64,000 nt of DNA from an uncultured Chloroflexia bacterium (GCA_963728205.1 CAVSIV010000002.1:544001-608000), one strand, 5' to 3'. Positions 1 through 9,888 are shown, numbered from the stretch's first letter. Program-made: numbers and translations. The notes: generated from the letters alone by a model not told the origin.

Positions 1-1979
1 CCGCCGAAGTCGCGGTCGGGACGGCGCGCGCCCACCGGCACCGCCGTCTCCTCCTCGGGCACGTCGTTGAGGAAGCGCGACACGGGGTTCGCGCGCACGT
101 TGCCGTACTGGAAGCGGCGCCGCGCCCGCGTCAGGTAGAGACGCTCGCGGGCGCGCGTCATGCCCACGTAGCAGACGCGCCGCTCCTCCTGCATCTGCTC
201 GGGGTCGTCCAGCGCGCGCATGTGCGGCAGCAGCCCCTCCTCCATGCCGGCGAGGAACACCACCGGGAACTCCAGCCCCTTCGCGGCGTGCAGCGTGATC
301 AGCGTCACCGCGTCCGGCTGGTCCGCGCCCGGGTCGTCCACGTCCGACACCAGCGCCACCTCCTCGAGAAACGCCGCCAGCGTCGCGTCCCCCTCCACCG
401 CGCTGTACTGCGCCGCGACCGACCGCAGCTCCTGCACGTTCTCCCAGCGCACGTCGGCGTGATCGCCGTCGGTCTTCTGCAGGTGCTTGCGAAAGTCAGT
501 CGCCGCCAGCACGCGGTCGAGGATCTCGCCCGTCGACAGCGTGTCGCGCTCGGTGGCCAGCTGGTCGATCAGCGACACGAAGCGCGCGAGCGACTGCCGG
601 ATGTCCGCGCGCAGCGCGGGGATCGCCGGGTCCGCATCGCCGCGCGCCGCGCGCGCCGCAGCCGCCAGCGGCGAGATGCCCAGCGCCGTCGCCGCGGCGA
701 GCACGTCCGACACGCTCTTCCCCCCGATGCCGCGCGCCGGCACGTTCACGATGCGCTCGAACGCGATCGAGTCGTGCTCGTTGTGGATCAGCCGCAGGTA
801 GGCGATCAGATCGCGCACCTCGCGGCGGTCGTAGAACCGCGTGCCGCCGACGATGCGGTAGCGCACCCCCTGTTGGATGAACGCCTCCTCGACGGAGCGG
901 GACTGCGCGTTCGTGCGGTACATCACCGCGAAGTCCGCGGCGCCGCGCTGCTCCGTGCGCTGCAGCCGCTTCACCTCCCCGGCGATGAACAGCGCCTCGT
1001 CCTCGCCGTCGGGCGCGTCGTAGACCACCACCGGGTCGCCGTCCGGGTTCGCCGTCCAGAGACTCTTCTCCGGGCGCCCCTCGGCGCGCTCGATGACGGC
1101 GTGCGCCGCGCGCAGGACGTGGCCGGTCGACCGGTAGTTCTGCTCCAGCAGCACGACCTCCGCTCCGGGGAAGTCGTGCTCGAAGTTGAGGATGTTGCGG
1201 ATGTCGGCCGCCCGCCACGAGTAGATCGACTGGTCGGGGTCACCCACGACCGTGAGGTTGCCGTGCGACGACGCCAGCGCCCGCGCCAGCTGGTACTGGA
1301 CGAGGTTCGTGTCCTGGAACTCGTCGATCAGCGTGTACAGGTAGCGGTCGGCGTAGCGCCGCTGCACATCGGGGTGCGTCTCGAACAGCTCGAGCACGCG
1401 CCCGAGCAGGTCGTCGAAGTCGACCGCCCCGTTGCGGCGCAGCGCCGCCTCGTAGTCATCGAAGACCCGGGACACGATCTCCTCGAAGTAGCTCCCGACG
1501 CCACGCGCGTACGCCGCGGCATCGCGCCGCTCGTTCTTCGCCGACGAGATCGCGGACAGCACCGCTCGCGGCGCGAAGCGCTTCGGGTCGATGTGGTGCT
1601 CGGCCTCGATCAGCTTCACGAGCGACATCTGGTCGTCGGTGTCGTAGATCACGAAGTCGGACGGCAGGCCGATCGCCTGGCCGTCGCGCCGCAGGATGCG
1701 CGCGCAGATCGAGTGGAACGTGCCCATCGTCAGCTCGAGCGCGCGGTCGCCGAGGAGGCCCTCCACGCGTTCGCGCATCTCGCGCGCGGCCTTGTTCGTG
1801 AAGGTGACGGCGACGATGCGCCACGGCGGGACGCGCCGTTCCTCGACCAGATACGCGACGCGGTGCGCGATCACGCGGGTCTTCCCGGAACCCGGGCCGG
1901 CGAGGATCATGAGCGGGCCGCCCGGCACCTCCACCGCCCGGCGCTGGGCTTCGTTCAGGACATCATGGACAGAGGACAT
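1..1979 (-). CDS. pcrA: ATP-dependent DNA helicase PcrA/UvrD (3' end beyond window start)
   Basis: Manual minus-strand translation MSSVHDVLNEAQRRAVEVPGGPLMILAGPGSGKTRVIAHR; SF1A motifs VTFTNKAA, DEFQDTN, VGDPDQSIYSWR, LEQNYRST, TLHAAKGLEF, EERRVCYVGMTRAR. Absent from the ORF track because no stop lies in the window. Confidence 0.95.
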   Translation of the reverse strand, partial: MSSVHDVLNEAQRRAVEVPGGPLMILAGPGSGKTRVIAHRVAYLVEERRVPPWRIVAVTFTNKAAREMRERVEGLLGDRALELTMGTFHSICARILRRDGQAIGLPSDFVIYDTDDQMSLVKLIEAEHHIDPKRFAPRAVLSAISSAKNERRDAAAYARGVGSYFEEIVSRVFDDYEAALRRNGAVDFDDLLGRVLELFETHPDVQRRYADRYLYTLIDEFQDTNLVQYQLARALASSHGNLTVVGDPDQSIYSWRAADIRNILNFEHDFPGAEVVLLEQNYRSTGHVLRAAHAVIERAEGRPEKSLWTANPDGDPVVVYDAPDGEDEALFIAGEVKRLQRTEQRGAADFAVMYRTNAQSRSVEEAFIQQGVRYRIVGGTRFYDRREVRDLIAYLRLIHNEHDSIAFERIVNVPARGIGGKSVSDVLAAATALGISPLAAAARAARGDADPAIPALRADIRQSLARFVSLIDQLATERDTLSTGEILDRVLAATDFRKHLQKTDGDHADVRWENVQELRSVAAQYSAVEGDATLAAFLEEVALVSDVDDPGADQPDAVTLITLHAAKGLEFPVVFLAGMEEGLLPHMRALDDPEQMQEERRVCYVGMTRARERLYLTRARRRFQYGNVRANPVSRFLNDVPEEETAVPVGARRPDRDFG

Positions 1980-1986
1980 CGTGAGG

Positions 1987-1992
1987 ATTGTA
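1987..1992 (-). promoter_or_regulatory. -10 element TACAAT, leaderless pcrA
   Basis: attgta on + strand; 7 nt from the pcrA ATG; no SD. Confidence 0.6.
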
Positions 1993-2095
1993 ACGGCGGT
2001 GCAACTCAGGTGCCCCCCGTGCGCACGGCGATCCTCACGGGGGCGCGTGCTAGCCTGATGCTCGCTGCTCTTGAGCGGGTGGACCGGAGGCGTAT

Positions 2096-2740
2096 GTGGA
2101 CGTGCTGATTGGCTGGCCGGGGGGCGACTGGACCGCGACCCTCAAGCTCGGCGGGTTCCTCGTCTTCGGTTACGTCTTCATCATCTGGGTGGCGTCCGTC
2201 CTCTGGGTGTACAAGGACATTCGCAGCCGCACCCGCGACCCCATCTCGCAGGCGATCGGCGTGGGCATCGCGGTGGTGCTCCCGATCATCGGCTTGCCGG
2301 TCTACCTGGTGGTGCGGCCCGGCGAGACGCTGAACGAGTCCTACGTGCGGCAGCTCGAGCAGGAGGCGATCCTCTCGGACCTCCACGCGATCAGCGCGTG
2401 CCCGAACTGCCGTCGCCCCGTCGAGGACGACTTCCAGGTCTGCGCGCACTGCGGCACGTCTTTGCGCGAGCCGTGCAAGCGCTGCGGCAAGCTGTTGCAG
2501 TTCTCCTGGCGCAACTGCCCGTACTGCGCGACGCCGCGCGAGGCGTCACGCCCGGCACGTCCGGCTTCCGCGCCGGCGGGCGTGGGCGCCGGCGGCGGGG
2601 CCGCGCGCTCGGCGCGCGCCGGGGCGGGCCGCGCCCGTCCGGCAGCGGAGCCGGGCGACGCGTTCGACCCCGCGCCCGGGCCGCAGTCGCCCGGGCGCAC
2701 GCGCCCGGCGTCCGCCGGCGACGAGCGGGGCGGCTGGTAG
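2096..2740 (+). CDS. Membrane protein with double zinc ribbon
   Basis: Two TM helices, then CPNC/CAHC/CKRC/CPYC; GGAGG SD before GTG; TGCTAGCCT extended -10 at 2048-2056. Confidence 0.85.
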   Translation: MDVLIGWPGGDWTATLKLGGFLVFGYVFIIWVASVLWVYKDIRSRTRDPISQAIGVGIAVVLPIIGLPVYLVVRPGETLNESYVRQLEQEAILSDLHAISACPNCRRPVEDDFQVCAHCGTSLREPCKRCGKLLQFSWRNCPYCATPREASRPARPASAPAGVGAGGGAARSARAGAGRARPAAEPGDAFDPAPGPQSPGRTRPASAGDERGGW

Positions 2741-2770
2741 TCGGTCCCCAGCCTTCCCTCCCAGCACGCG

Positions 2771-2799
2771 AAGCGGGCCGCCCACCGGGCGGCCCGCTT
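2771..2799. terminator. Hairpin terminator between convergent genes
   Basis: aagcgggccgccc-acc-gggcggcccgctt, 13-bp perfect stem; second hairpin at 2891-2913. Confidence 0.65.
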
Positions 2800-2931
2800 G
2801 CTGTGCTTGCGTCGGCGCGGCGCACCGTGCGCGTGCCGGCCTCCGACTCCGTGGGTGCTCGCGCTCGCGTCGGCGGCCCGCGGCGCGAGGGCGGAGCGCA
2901 CCGTGCGCTCCGCTCACCATGAGGCGGGTTG

Positions 2932-3555
2932 CTAGCTGAGCGCCTCCGTCAGCAGCGCGAGCAGCTCCTTGACCTCGGCCTGTCGCCAGCCACCGGCCAG
3001 CTCCCACGTCTTCGCCGTGTACTGCTTGCGCGCCTCTTCGTACGCCGGCGTATCCCGCTCGACGCCCGCGAGGATCCCGCGCAGGTCCTTCATCTCCTCG
3101 TTCGCACGGTCCGCGCGCTCGATCCAGTGGCCGAGGTAGCGGTGGTCCCCGTCGTACAGCACGACCACGGGGATCGACTCGAACTCCCCGTCCTTCAGGA
3201 ACTCCGCCATGATGTCCTTGTTCTCGTCGCGCTTGAACAGCCGGATCGGCATGCCGGCCTGCTCGGCGAGCTTGCAGGCGACCGGCAGGCCGCGCCACAC
3301 GTCCGGGCACCAGTCCTCACCGATGACCATCGCCCGCACACCGTGGTTCTCCACGAAGCGCTTGAGCGTCGCGACGTCCTGCGCGTCGGGCTCGAACTCG
3401 TCGTAGTGGCGCTGGAAGGCGTCCTTGTTCTTCTCGATCGCGGCCATCCACTCCGAGAAGCTCTTCATGCCGCGCTCGTAGCGCTCGGACGTGACCACCG
3501 AGTCGGGCCGCGCCGCGGCCTCCTTGCGCGTGGTCGTGGAGGCAGCCGTCGTCAT
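2932..3555 (-). CDS. Thioredoxin-family protein (monothiol WCPDV)
   Basis: GEDWCPDV...ESIPVVVLYD...WIER; AAGGAG SD before ATG 3555; TGTTACACT extended -10 near 3643-3651. Confidence 0.85.
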   Translation of the reverse strand: MTTAASTTTRKEAAARPDSVVTSERYERGMKSFSEWMAAIEKNKDAFQRHYDEFEPDAQDVATLKRFVENHGVRAMVIGEDWCPDVWRGLPVACKLAEQAGMPIRLFKRDENKDIMAEFLKDGEFESIPVVVLYDGDHRYLGHWIERADRANEEMKDLRGILAGVERDTPAYEEARKQYTAKTWELAGGWRQAEVKELLALLTEALS

Positions 3556-3668
3556 CGCGTACTCCTTCGCAGCCTCGAGGGGCGTGTCTGCTGCTGTGTC
3601 GTCGGGTCGCCGACCGTCACGTCGACGGGTGACGCGGACGCGAGTGTAACACGGGGGCGCTGGACTTC

Positions 3669-4676
3669 TTACTGCGCCCGCGCGACGCGTTCCTCGCGCG
3701 CGAAGCGCTCCGCGAACGCGCCGGCGGCGAGCCGGAGCGTTTCCTCCGCATCGATCTCGGCATCGTCCGCGACCGTCACGGCGGCCCACAGCAGCGCGGC
3801 GAGCGTCTCGTCACCGGGCGCCGCTGCGAACGCGGCGGCCGCCGCGCGCGGGTCGCCGGCCGCGATCGCCCCGGGGGCGGCGCGGCGCGCACGGTGGATC
3901 ATCGACTGCGCACGCTGCAGCGCGGGCGCGGCGCGCGGGATCGAGTCCAGCGCGCCCGGCGGCGGCACGTCGTCTCCGTCCGCTTGCTCGGCGCGCTCGC
4001 TCGCCTTGATCGCATCCCAGCGTCCGAGCAGCTGCTCGCGCGTGTGCGCCTCCTCGTCGCCGAAGACGTGCGGGTGGCGCCGCACGAACTTCGCCGCCGC
4101 GTGCGCGACGACGTCCTCGAGGCTGAACTCGCCGTCGCGCTGCGCCAGCGCGGTTTGCATGAAGAGGTGTGCCATGACGTCGCCCAGCTCCTCCTCCAGC
4201 CCGGGAAGGTCGCCGCGATCGATGGCGTCGACAAGCTCGTAGCACTCCTCGAGGAAGTAGCGGCGCAGCGTCTCGTGCGTCTGCTCGCGGTCCCACGGGC
4301 ACCCGTCGGGCGCGTAGAGGCGCTCCATCACACCGCGCAGACCGGCCAGCGCGCGCCGGTCGTCCTCGGGCGCGAGCGCCGGCAGCGCCCAGGCGCTGGC
4401 GGCGCCCGTCGGGGCGGCAGGGTCGAGGAGCGCCGCCACATCGACGTGCTCGACGCGACCGCCGAGCACCGCACGCACCTCCGTCTCGGCCGGGTAGCGC
4501 GCGGCGAGGAGCGGCCGCGCGGCGGCGAACTGCGCAGCGAACACGACGAGCGGCCGCTGTGCGTCGAAGCGCGGGTACGCCGGATCGAGGGCCTGCACCT
4601 CATGGAGAGCGAGCCCGAGCAACTCGAGGGCCTGCGCGGGCGCGGAGGGCGAGGACGGACGCGGGCGCTCAACCAT
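3669..4676 (-). CDS. mazG: MazG-family nucleoside triphosphate pyrophosphohydrolase
   Basis: GCPWDREQTHETL, EECYE, EELGD and RRHPHVFG motifs. Confidence 0.92.
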   Translation of the reverse strand: MVERPRPSSPSAPAQALELLGLALHEVQALDPAYPRFDAQRPLVVFAAQFAAARPLLAARYPAETEVRAVLGGRVEHVDVAALLDPAAPTGAASAWALPALAPEDDRRALAGLRGVMERLYAPDGCPWDREQTHETLRRYFLEECYELVDAIDRGDLPGLEEELGDVMAHLFMQTALAQRDGEFSLEDVVAHAAAKFVRRHPHVFGDEEAHTREQLLGRWDAIKASERAEQADGDDVPPPGALDSIPRAAPALQRAQSMIHRARRAAPGAIAAGDPRAAAAAFAAAPGDETLAALLWAAVTVADDAEIDAEETLRLAAGAFAERFAREERVARAQ

Positions 4677-4681
4677 GGGCC

Positions 4682-4691
4682 GAGTATACTC
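4682..4691. promoter_or_regulatory. Palindromic bidirectional -10 element (GAGTATACTC)
   Basis: TATACT on both strands, each 6 nt from a start codon (ATG 4676 on -, GTG 4697 on +). Confidence 0.7.
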
Positions 4692-4696
4692 AGCGC

Positions 4697-5434
4697 GTGC
4701 TTGCGCTCCGCTGGACCGCCGCCGCCCTCTTCGTGCTGTGCATCCCCGTCTTCCTCGTGCTGACGAACGTCCGCATCGCAGCGACCGACGTGCGCGTCTA
4801 CGAGTACTCGTTCGCCCACTACGACGCGCCCGCCGTCACCGGCGTGAGTCGTCCCCAGCTCGACGAGGCCGCGCGCGACATCGTCCAGTACTTCGAGACC
4901 AGCCCGCGCAACGCTATGCTCGACGTCCGTGTGACGCAGGGCGGCGAGACCGTCCCGCTGTTCAACCAGCGCGAAGTCCTGCACATGCGAGACGTGCGGA
5001 ACCTCTTCCGCTCCGTCTTCCACCTCCAGGAGCTCGTGTTCGTCTACGCGATCGGCTACGTCGTCGCCATCTTCGTGTGGAGCCGGGAGCGCTCCCTCGC
5101 GCGCCTGGCGCGCCAGGTGGCGATTGGCGGCGCGCTCACCGCGCTGCTGCTCGCCGTGAGCGCGATGGCGGTGCTGGTCGGCTTCGACCGCCTCTTCACG
5201 GAATTCCATCTGCTGTCGTTCTCGAACGATTTCTGGCAGCTCGACCCGGCACGCGACCACCTGATCCAGATGTTCCCGCAGGGCTTCTGGTTCGACGTCA
5301 CGCTGGGCGTGGTCGTCCTCTCGATCCTCGAGGGCGGCCTGCTCGCGGCGCTCGGCGTGGGCTACCTCGCGTGGATCGATCGCGATCATCCCGGGTGGCG
5401 GACGCGCTGGCCGCTGCTCATCCCCCGCTGGTAG
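4697..5434 (+). CDS. Integral membrane protein, TIGR01906/DUF1461-like
   Basis: FNQREVLHMRDVRNLF, FDRLFTEFHLLSFSNDFW and LIQMFPQGFW motifs; several TM segments. Confidence 0.85.
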   Translation: MLALRWTAAALFVLCIPVFLVLTNVRIAATDVRVYEYSFAHYDAPAVTGVSRPQLDEAARDIVQYFETSPRNAMLDVRVTQGGETVPLFNQREVLHMRDVRNLFRSVFHLQELVFVYAIGYVVAIFVWSRERSLARLARQVAIGGALTALLLAVSAMAVLVGFDRLFTEFHLLSFSNDFWQLDPARDHLIQMFPQGFWFDVTLGVVVLSILEGGLLAALGVGYLAWIDRDHPGWRTRWPLLIPRW

Positions 5435-5498
5435 CGCCGATCGGCGCGTTCGCAGCACCAGAGCGGCAGTGGGACGCGGCGACCGCCCGGCCCCGGCG

Positions 5499-5544
5499 CG
5501 ACGAACGAAGGAGCCCGCCGGATGGCGGGCTCCTTCGTTCGTCG
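5499..5544. terminator. Bidirectional terminator
   Basis: 21-bp perfect inverted repeat cgacgaacgaaggagcccgcc/ggcgggctccttcgttcgtcg with a 4-nt loop, between convergent genes. Confidence 0.85.
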
Positions 5545-5556
5545 ACGTGAAGCGCT

Positions 5557-5820
5557 TTAGAAGTCGAAGTCGCCCATGTCGAGATCGTCGTGATCGTGAC
5601 CGTGATCGTGGTCGCCGCCCATGAAGTCCTCGGGGTCGCCTTCGCCCATCGCGGCGTCGGGCGCAGCGCCCGACAGCATCGCGAAGGCTTGGAACTTCAG
5701 CCGCGCGGTGCCGCGCGACCCGCACTTCGGACAGGCCGCCACCTTGTCGCGCTCGGCGAGTCGGCGCATCAACTCGAACTGCTCGTTGCACTTCTTGCAG
5801 CGGTACTCGTACAGCGGCAC
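5557..5820 (-). CDS. FmdB-family zinc-ribbon protein with His/Asp/Met-rich tail
   Basis: MPLYEYRCKKC...FE...CPKCGS signature; GTG start with GGAG SD. Confidence 0.88.
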   Translation of the reverse strand: MPLYEYRCKKCNEQFELMRRLAERDKVAACPKCGSRGTARLKFQAFAMLSGAAPDAAMGEGDPEDFMGGDHDHGHDHDDLDMGDFDF

Positions 5821-5894
5821 GTCAGGCTCTCCGTCGTTCCAGTGGCGCGCGCAGCGCCTCACCATTCCCGGCGCGGAAGTCTCGCACAGCGGGG

Positions 5895-7427
5895 TTAATC
5901 GAGGTAGTCCTTCAGCTTCTTCGAGCGCGTCGGGTGGCGAAGCTTGCGCAGCGCCTTCGCCTCGATCTGGCGGATGCGCTCGCGTGTCACGTTGAACTCG
6001 CGGCCGACCTCCTCGAGCGTGCGCGACCGACCGTCCTCCAGGCCAAACCGCAGCTCGAGCACCTTGCGCTCGCGCGGCGTCAACGACGACAGCACGTCCA
6101 TCACCTGCTCCTTGAGCAGCTGGTGCGATGCCGCGTCCGACGGTGCCAGCGCCGCCGGGTCCTCGAGGAAGTCGCCGAGGTGGGAGTCCTCCTCCTCGCC
6201 GATCGGCGTCTCCAGCGAGACCGGCTCCTGCGACACCTTCATGATCTCGCGCACGCGGTCCGCCGGGAGCTCCAGCTCGCGGCCGATCTCCTCGGAGGTC
6301 GGCTCGCGGCCGAACTCCTGCACGAGGCGGCGCTGGATGCGCACGAGCTTGTTGATCGTCTCCACCATGTGCACCGGGATGCGGATGGTCCGCGCCTGGT
6401 CGGCGATCGCGCGGGTGATCGCCTGGCGGATCCACCACGTCGCGTACGTCGAGAACTTGTAGCCCTTGCGGTAGTCGAACTTCTCGACGGCGCGAATCAG
6501 GCCGATGTTGCCCTCCTGGATGAGGTCCAGCAGGGACATGCCGCGGCCGATGTACTTCTTCGCGACCGACACCACGAGGCGCAGGTTCGCCTCGGTCAGT
6601 TGCCGCTCCGAGCGCTTGCCGTCGTAGATGATCTTCTCGAAGTAGTACTGGAACGCGCCGCCGTGCTTCGACTCCAGCTTCTCGGCGAGGTTCTTCGGCG
6701 GCGGGGTGAGCTTCGACTCCGCGCCGACGAACTCCGACGCCCAGCGCACGTGCTCGGGCCGCATGATGTGGGTGATGATCGACATCCGGATCAGCGCCTG
6801 GTGCGCCCGGTCCTCGTCCCACTTCATGTCCTTCATCAACCGCCGCTGCGAGCCCTCGTCGAGCTCGCCGTCGAGCGAGCCGCGGAACTTCGCGTCCGCG
6901 ATGCGCTCGGAGATCGACTGCCGCGGAAGCTTCAGGTAGCGGCTCACCGACTGGTAGATGTCGCGTTCCTTGTGGAACTGCCGCAGCAGCTCGACGAACA
7001 CCTGCGACCAGGTCGGATCGTCGCCCTCCTCCTCGCGGTAGTCCTCAATGATCTGCTCGACGTGGATCCACTCTTCGATGGCGCGCGACAGTCGCTTCTC
7101 GTCGTCGGCCGTGAGGAGCGGGACCTTGCCGATCTCGCGGAGGTACATGCGGACGGGGTCGTCGATGCCGGCGGCCTCGTCGACGATGCGGCGAGCGGCG
7201 TCGACCACCGTGGTGGCCTCGCGCCCGGCAACGGCGTCGACGCGCACGGAGATGCCGTTCTCGGAGAGCTGCGAGATCACGGACGCCAGGCGTTCGCGGC
7301 TGGCCTCGGCCTCGGGAACGGCCTCGAGGACGTCCTCCGCCGTGACGGTGCCGGAGCGCCGGCCCTTCGACAGCAGCGCCTCCAGACCCGCCTCCGCGAT
7401 GGTCGTGTCGTCGAACGTCTGGGTCAT
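5895..7427 (-). CDS. rpoD: RNA polymerase primary sigma factor
   Basis: [59 protein letters not shown]. Confidence 0.98.
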   Translation of the reverse strand: MTQTFDDTTIAEAGLEALLSKGRRSGTVTAEDVLEAVPEAEASRERLASVISQLSENGISVRVDAVAGREATTVVDAARRIVDEAAGIDDPVRMYLREIGKVPLLTADDEKRLSRAIEEWIHVEQIIEDYREEEGDDPTWSQVFVELLRQFHKERDIYQSVSRYLKLPRQSISERIADAKFRGSLDGELDEGSQRRLMKDMKWDEDRAHQALIRMSIITHIMRPEHVRWASEFVGAESKLTPPPKNLAEKLESKHGGAFQYYFEKIIYDGKRSERQLTEANLRLVVSVAKKYIGRGMSLLDLIQEGNIGLIRAVEKFDYRKGYKFSTYATWWIRQAITRAIADQARTIRIPVHMVETINKLVRIQRRLVQEFGREPTSEEIGRELELPADRVREIMKVSQEPVSLETPIGEEEDSHLGDFLEDPAALAPSDAASHQLLKEQVMDVLSSLTPRERKVLELRFGLEDGRSRTLEEVGREFNVTRERIRQIEAKALRKLRHPTRSKKLKDYLD

Positions 7428-9379
7428 GTCGTCTCCTCCACACGGTCCGGGTCCGCGGCGGCGGGATATCGGCCGGCTACCTGCTGGTATTGATAGGTCA
7501 GCTCACGCTGACGGGATGTGGTCTCCACGAACTGCTCCGCGACCTCGGTCGCGTCGATCACCGGGTCGGCGGCGTCGTCGGCGGCGGACTCTCGCACGCC
7601 GGACGGCGTGCGGCGGAGCGCGCGCAGCGCCTCGGCCTGCTCGCGCGCCGTCTCCAGCAGCCGCTGCTGCTTCCGTCGCAACCGCAGCTGCACCGCGATG
7701 TCACCCACCATCTCGTCGAGGTGCTTCGCCTCGTACTCCGGCAGCACGACGGCCGCCAGCTCGCGGTAGCGCGCCTGCAGGTCGTCCTCGAGCTCGTCGA
7801 CGCGGTCGTCGTAGTCGGGCGCGGCCGCCCACCACTCGAAGAGCGCGCGGTTGCGCGAGTCCTCGAACGTCTCGGGCGCGAGCGCCTTCCCGGCGCCGCG
7901 GCACTCGGAGCGCTGGACGAGCACCTGCAGCAGCTGCGTCTCGCCGTCGATCGGCGCGGCCACGCGGCCGCGGGGCGCACGCGGCGCCTCGCCCGGGTGA
8001 GGCGCCGCCTGGGCGGTGCCCGGTGCGGGCACCGGCCGCGGCCGGCCGCCGCGCGAGAGCATGCGCATCACGATCGACTCGTCGACCTGCCCGATGCGCG
8101 CCAACTTCTGGACATAATGCGCCCGGATGACCGGGTCCGTCATCACCGCGACGGTGGGAATGAGCGCCTGCAGCGCCTTCGAGCGGGCCAGCGCGTCGCC
8201 GGGCCGGATCGACGCGGAGACTGCCTGGAACAGGTGATCCGCCACCGGCAGGGCGCCGTCCACGAGCCGCTTGAACGCGTCGGGGTCGCGCCGCACCATC
8301 GAGTCGGGGTCATCGCCCTCGGGCAGCGAGACGACGCGAATGTCCGCGCGCAGGCCGTCCTGGACCGAGACGAGGCCGCGCCAGTCGATCGTGGGCACTG
8401 CCATATGATCGGCAGCCCCGGCGGCGACCTGAACGCCGCGCAGCGTCGCCTCCGAGCCGGCATTGTCGGCGTCCAGCGCCAGCACGACGTTCTCGGTGTA
8501 GCGCTTGAGCAGCGTCATCTGCTTCTCGGTGATTGCCGTCCCGTTCGATGCGACGACGTTCGTCACGCCGAACTCGTGCGCGGCGATCACGTCCATGTAG
8601 CCCTCGACGATCACGGCGCGGTCGGCGCGCCGGATGGCCTCCGCGGCGCGATCCAGCCCGTAGAGCGTGCCGCTCTTGTCGAACAGCGGCGTCTGCGGGG
8701 TGTTCAGGTACTTCGGCTCGTCGTCCGGGCGCAGCGCCCGGGCGCCGAAGCCGATCAGGCGGCGGCGCTGGTCGCGCGTCGGGAAGATGACGCGGTCGCG
8801 AAAGCGGTCGTACGCGCCGCGGTCGCCCTCGATCGCGAGGCCGGCCTCCACGATGTCGCTCTCGGCGAACCCGCGCGCGCCGAGGTACTCGACGAGCCCG
8901 CGCCAGCCGTCGGGCGCGTACCCGAGCTGCCACGTCTCAATCGTCTGCGTGTCGAGGCCACGCTTCTCGAGGTAGGCGCGGGCGTCGCCGCCCTGCGGGC
9001 CCCCGAGCGCGGCCTGGAAGTAGACGGCCGCGGCCTCGTTCGCCTGCAGCAGCCGCTCATGCTGCTCGCGCTCCTCGACGTCGCGCTTCGACGGCGGCCG
9101 CAGCTCGACGCCGGCGCGCTCCGCACAGGTGCGCAGTGCCTCCTTGAAGTCGAGGCCCTCCACCCGGCGCACGAACTCGATCACGTCGCCGCCGGTCGAG
9201 CACGATCCGAAGCAGTGCCAGGTGCCGCGCTCCGGATCCACGACGAACGAGGGCGTGCGCTCCTGATGGAACGGGCAGCGCGCTTTGAACGTGCGCCCGG
9301 TCTTCTTCAGTTCGGGGACGTACTGTCCCACGGTCTCGACAATATCGAGACGTGCCTTGACTTCGTCGATGGTGCTCAT
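7424..9379 (-). CDS. dnaG: DNA primase
   Basis: CPFH zinc finger, [25 protein letters not shown] (Toprim); ATGA overlap with rpoD. Confidence 0.97.
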   Translation of the reverse strand: MSTIDEVKARLDIVETVGQYVPELKKTGRTFKARCPFHQERTPSFVVDPERGTWHCFGSCSTGGDVIEFVRRVEGLDFKEALRTCAERAGVELRPPSKRDVEEREQHERLLQANEAAAVYFQAALGGPQGGDARAYLEKRGLDTQTIETWQLGYAPDGWRGLVEYLGARGFAESDIVEAGLAIEGDRGAYDRFRDRVIFPTRDQRRRLIGFGARALRPDDEPKYLNTPQTPLFDKSGTLYGLDRAAEAIRRADRAVIVEGYMDVIAAHEFGVTNVVASNGTAITEKQMTLLKRYTENVVLALDADNAGSEATLRGVQVAAGAADHMAVPTIDWRGLVSVQDGLRADIRVVSLPEGDDPDSMVRRDPDAFKRLVDGALPVADHLFQAVSASIRPGDALARSKALQALIPTVAVMTDPVIRAHYVQKLARIGQVDESIVMRMLSRGGRPRPVPAPGTAQAAPHPGEAPRAPRGRVAAPIDGETQLLQVLVQRSECRGAGKALAPETFEDSRNRALFEWWAAAPDYDDRVDELEDDLQARYRELAAVVLPEYEAKHLDEMVGDIAVQLRLRRKQQRLLETAREQAEALRALRRTPSGVRESAADDAADPVIDATEVAEQFVETTSRQRELTYQYQQVAGRYPAAADPDRVEETT

Positions 9380-9390
9380 GCTCTATGTGG

Positions 9391-9418
9391 TTAGACCCCG
9401 GCGGAACCGAAAAGTTAC
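9391..9418 (-). promoter_or_regulatory. Putative ECF-sigma promoter GTAACTT-N15-GTCTAA upstream of dnaG-rpoD
   Basis: Matches the sigmaE/ECF-type AACTT...GTCnAA layout; -10 ends 11 nt before the dnaG ATG. Confidence 0.5.
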
Positions 9419-9501
9419 GGGGAACCCTGAGAAATGTGTGCCGACCCCCGCAGGGTTTGTGGATGTGATGCGGTCGACACCCACCGCATGCATCCGGTGC
9501 G

Positions 9502-9888
9502 TCAGGCTTCGCCCGCCTTGAGCGCCGCGATCCGCGCCGCCACCGCCTCCTCGCGCGCCGCGACGCGCTCCACGATGGCGCGGGTCTCGACCGCCCCGCC
9601 GGCCGACTCGACGAGCCGCAGCGTCTGGTAGCGCGCCCCGGCGAGGTCGTGCACGACCTGCGGCGGAAGCGGCTTCTCCGCCACCCGCGTGGCCGCGCCC
9701 GGCCCGCCGGCCGCGGCCACGTCCGACCGCTCGGCGGCCGCCAGCTCGGCGAGCGCGCGCACAACCGTTGTCCCATCGCCGAGGTCGGCGGCAAAGGCCC
9801 GCTCGGTGATCCCCTCGAGCGCCGCCAGCAGCGCCGCCCGCGAGGCGTCGAGCCGCGCCCGCAGCGCGTCCGCTGCGTCGTCGCTCAT
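9502..9888 (-). CDS. DinB-like four-helix protein lacking His ligands
   Basis: LDASRAALLAALEGI...TVVRALAELAAAE...LAGARYQTL pattern; ATGA overlap with the upstream gene. Confidence 0.6.
   Translation of the reverse strand: MSDDAADALRARLDASRAALLAALEGITERAFAADLGDGTTVVRALAELAAAERSDVAAAGGPGAATRVAEKPLPPQVVHDLAGARYQTLRLVESAGGAVETRAIVERVAAREEAVAARIAALKAGEA

Noticed and set aside
222-2108. 628-aa + strand ORF, and many similar long antisense or alternate-frame ORFs (e.g. 5934-7493, 16115-18190, 35637-38942)
   Set aside because: Shadow ORFs of real genes in GC-rich DNA; Arg/Ala-rich with no family motifs.
9458-9466. DnaA-box-like TGTGGATGT upstream of dnaG
   Set aside because: Single copy with two mismatches to the consensus; no box cluster or AT-rich unwinding element.
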